Positions 62,416 to 64,000 of a stretch of DNA of 64,000 bases are shown one piece after another. Under the pieces are notes generated by a model. It was not told the origin of the DNA, did no database searches, and saw only the letters and a list, made by a program, of their open reading frames with translations. Origin of the DNA: Candidatus Eiseniibacteriota bacterium (lineage in GTDB: Bacteria > Eisenbacteria > RBG-16-71-46); the NCBI GenBank assembly GCA_044223005.1, contig JBGAML010000002.1, forward strand, positions 64,001-128,000, written 5' to 3'. Position 1 is the stretch's first letter; every line of letters starts with the position of its first letter. The position numbers and the translations under genes were made by a program.

Positions 62416-64000
62416 TCAGTCTCGGCTGCGCGTGGGCTTGCTTGAGGCGCGCCGGCGTGCGGGCGGCGCGGAGAGGCCGCCGGGGCGGGCGCGGATGGCG
62501 CCGCGGAAGGCGCGCAGGGGCAGGGTATTGAGCACGTCGGCCTTCGTCAGGCCGGCGCGCCGAGCCTGGAAGATGCCGTAGCGCATCTGGTCCAGCCCTG
62601 CCGTCGAGTGCGCGTCGGTGTCGATCACGATCCGGCAGCCGCGGTCGCGGGCGAGCCGGGCGTGGACGTCGGTGAGGTCCAGCCGGTCGGGCGACGCGTT
62701 GATCTCCATGGCGACGCCGGCCTTCGCAGCCGCCTCCGCGACTCGCTCGACGTCGAACGGGACCGGCTCGCGCGAGCCGATGAGCCGCCCGGTGGGATGC
62801 CCCATGGCGTGCACGTACGGGTTCGCGATCGCCTTCAAGACGCGCTGGGTCGCCGCCTCGGGCTCCATCTCGAACCGCGAATGGATGGACACGATCACCC
62901 AGTCGAGCAGCCCGAGCGTCTCGTCGTCCAGGTCGAGTGCGCCATCGGCGAGGATGTCGACCTCGAGCCCGTGCAGCACGGTGATGCCGGGGTGGCGTTC
63001 GCGCGCGGCCTCGACCTCCTTCACCGATTTCCGTACCCGCGCCGCGTCGAATCCATTGGCCATCGCCAGCGCCTTGGAATGCTCGGTGATCGCCATGTAC
63101 TCGTAACCACGCGTCTCGGCGGCGGCGATCATGTCGTCGAGCGAAGCCTTGCCGTCGCTGCGCGTGCTGTGCATGTGCAGGTCGGCGCGCAGGTCCTCGA
63201 GCGTCACGAGTTCGGGCAGCGTGTCCGCCGCCGCGAGCGCGATCTCGCCACGCGACTCGCGCAGCTCCGGCGGGATCCACGCCAGGCCGAGCGCGCGGTA
63301 GATGGACTCCTCGGTGCGGGCTGCGACGACCTTTTCGCCGTGCGTGAGCCCGTACTCGTTGAGGCTCCAGCCGCGCTCGATCGCGAGCTTGCGCAGCTCG
63401 ATGTTGTGCTCCTTGCTGCCGGTGAAGTAGAGCAGCGCGGCGCCGAAGCTCGCTTCGGGCACGACGCGCAGGTCCACCTGCAGCCCCTCGCGCAGGCGCA
63501 CGCTGCACTTGGTCTCGCCGCGCCCGAGCACCTCCGCGACGGAGGCGTGTTCCGCGAAGGCGCTCATCACGCGCTCGGGATCGCCGCCCGTCACGAGCAG
63601 ATCGAGGTCGCCCACCGTCTCCTTGCGGCGCCGGAACGAGCCCGCCAGCTCGGCCTGCTTCACGCCCTTCACCGCAGCCACGCGCTCGGCGAGCGCGTGC
63701 GCGAGCGGCCACGCGTCCGCGAGAAGCATGCGGCCCGCCCACTGCTCGGCGGTCGCGAGCGCCTTGAGCACGTTCTGCTCGACCTTCTCGCCGAAGCCGG
63801 GGAGCCCGCGCAGCTTCCCGGCCTTCGCGGCGGCTTCGAGCGCGGCGCGGTCGCGGATCCCGAGCTCCTCGAAGAGCGTCTTCACGCGCTTGGGGCCCAG
63901 GCCCTGCAGCTCGGTGAAGCCCACGACCTCGTCGGGGATGCGCGCGCGCATCTCCTCGTACATCTCGGTGGTGCCGGTCGCCGCGAGGTCGCGGATCTTG
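62416..64000 (-). CDS. polX: DNA polymerase X with PHP domain, 5' end outside the window
   Basis: GLGPK; AGSFRR..ETVGDLD; QVDLRV; YFTGSKEHN; DLHMHS..SDG; HPTGR; DTDAH. Confidence 0.95.
   Translation of the reverse strand, partial: KIRDLAATGTTEMYEEMRARIPDEVVGFTELQGLGPKRVKTLFEELGIRDRAALEAAAKAGKLRGLPGFGEKVEQNVLKALATAEQWAGRMLLADAWPLAHALAERVAAVKGVKQAELAGSFRRRKETVGDLDLLVTGGDPERVMSAFAEHASVAEVLGRGETKCSVRLREGLQVDLRVVPEASFGAALLYFTGSKEHNIELRKLAIERGWSLNEYGLTHGEKVVAARTEESIYRALGLAWIPPELRESRGEIALAAADTLPELVTLEDLRADLHMHSTRSDGKASLDDMIAAAETRGYEYMAITEHSKALAMANGFDAARVRKSVKEVEAARERHPGITVLHGLEVDILADGALDLDDETLGLLDWVIVSIHSRFEMEPEAATQRVLKAIANPYVHAMGHPTGRLIGSREPVPFDVERVAEAAAKAGVAMEINASPDRLDLTDVHARLARDRGCRIVIDTDAHSTAGLDQMRYGIFQARRAGLTKADVLNTLPLRAFRGAIRARPGGLSAPPARRRASSKPTRSRD

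Noticed and set aside
62416..64000. PolX as a catalytically dead variant or part of a mobile element
   Set aside because: The catalytic Asp motifs (GDLD, VDLR) and PHP His motifs are intact, and no mobile genes are nearby.

Overview
A 64-kb window of a very GC-rich, gene-dense bacterial genome. Secreted proteins ending in FlgD-Ig-like domains and a TWGRLKSIYR tail suggest a Candidatus Eisenbacteria/Krumholzibacteriota-like lineage; this is inference only. I see about 48 genes. Core metabolism and repair: icd, aceK, pruA/rocA, a LeuD-LeuC-like fusion, PolX-PHP. Also TolC/RND efflux, PilT, two ECF sigma systems, several histidine kinases, peptidases and secreted proteins. Main highlights: (1) a compact microviridin/graspetide RiPP cluster whose 54-aa precursor is not called as its own ORF in the track (PFFARFL leader, TMKYPSDNDE core) plus MdnB- and MdnC-like ATP-grasp ligases; (2) an identical bipartite ECF-type promoter motif upstream of both tolC-RND and osmC, next to an ECF sigma fused to a zinc anti-sigma-like domain; (3) two orphan Rhs toxin-immunity cassettes with different low-GC tips, one papain-like; (4) a TPR protein carrying a lethal-factor/PPEP-like zinc peptidase; (5) a PilT coupled to a DUF4388-pseudo-ATPase; (6) duplicated GH38-like proteins and three kinds of C-terminal tail that may be sorting signals. 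I found no rRNA, tRNA, CRISPR array or IS element. Start codons were chosen by eye and family calls rest on remembered motifs, not database searches.
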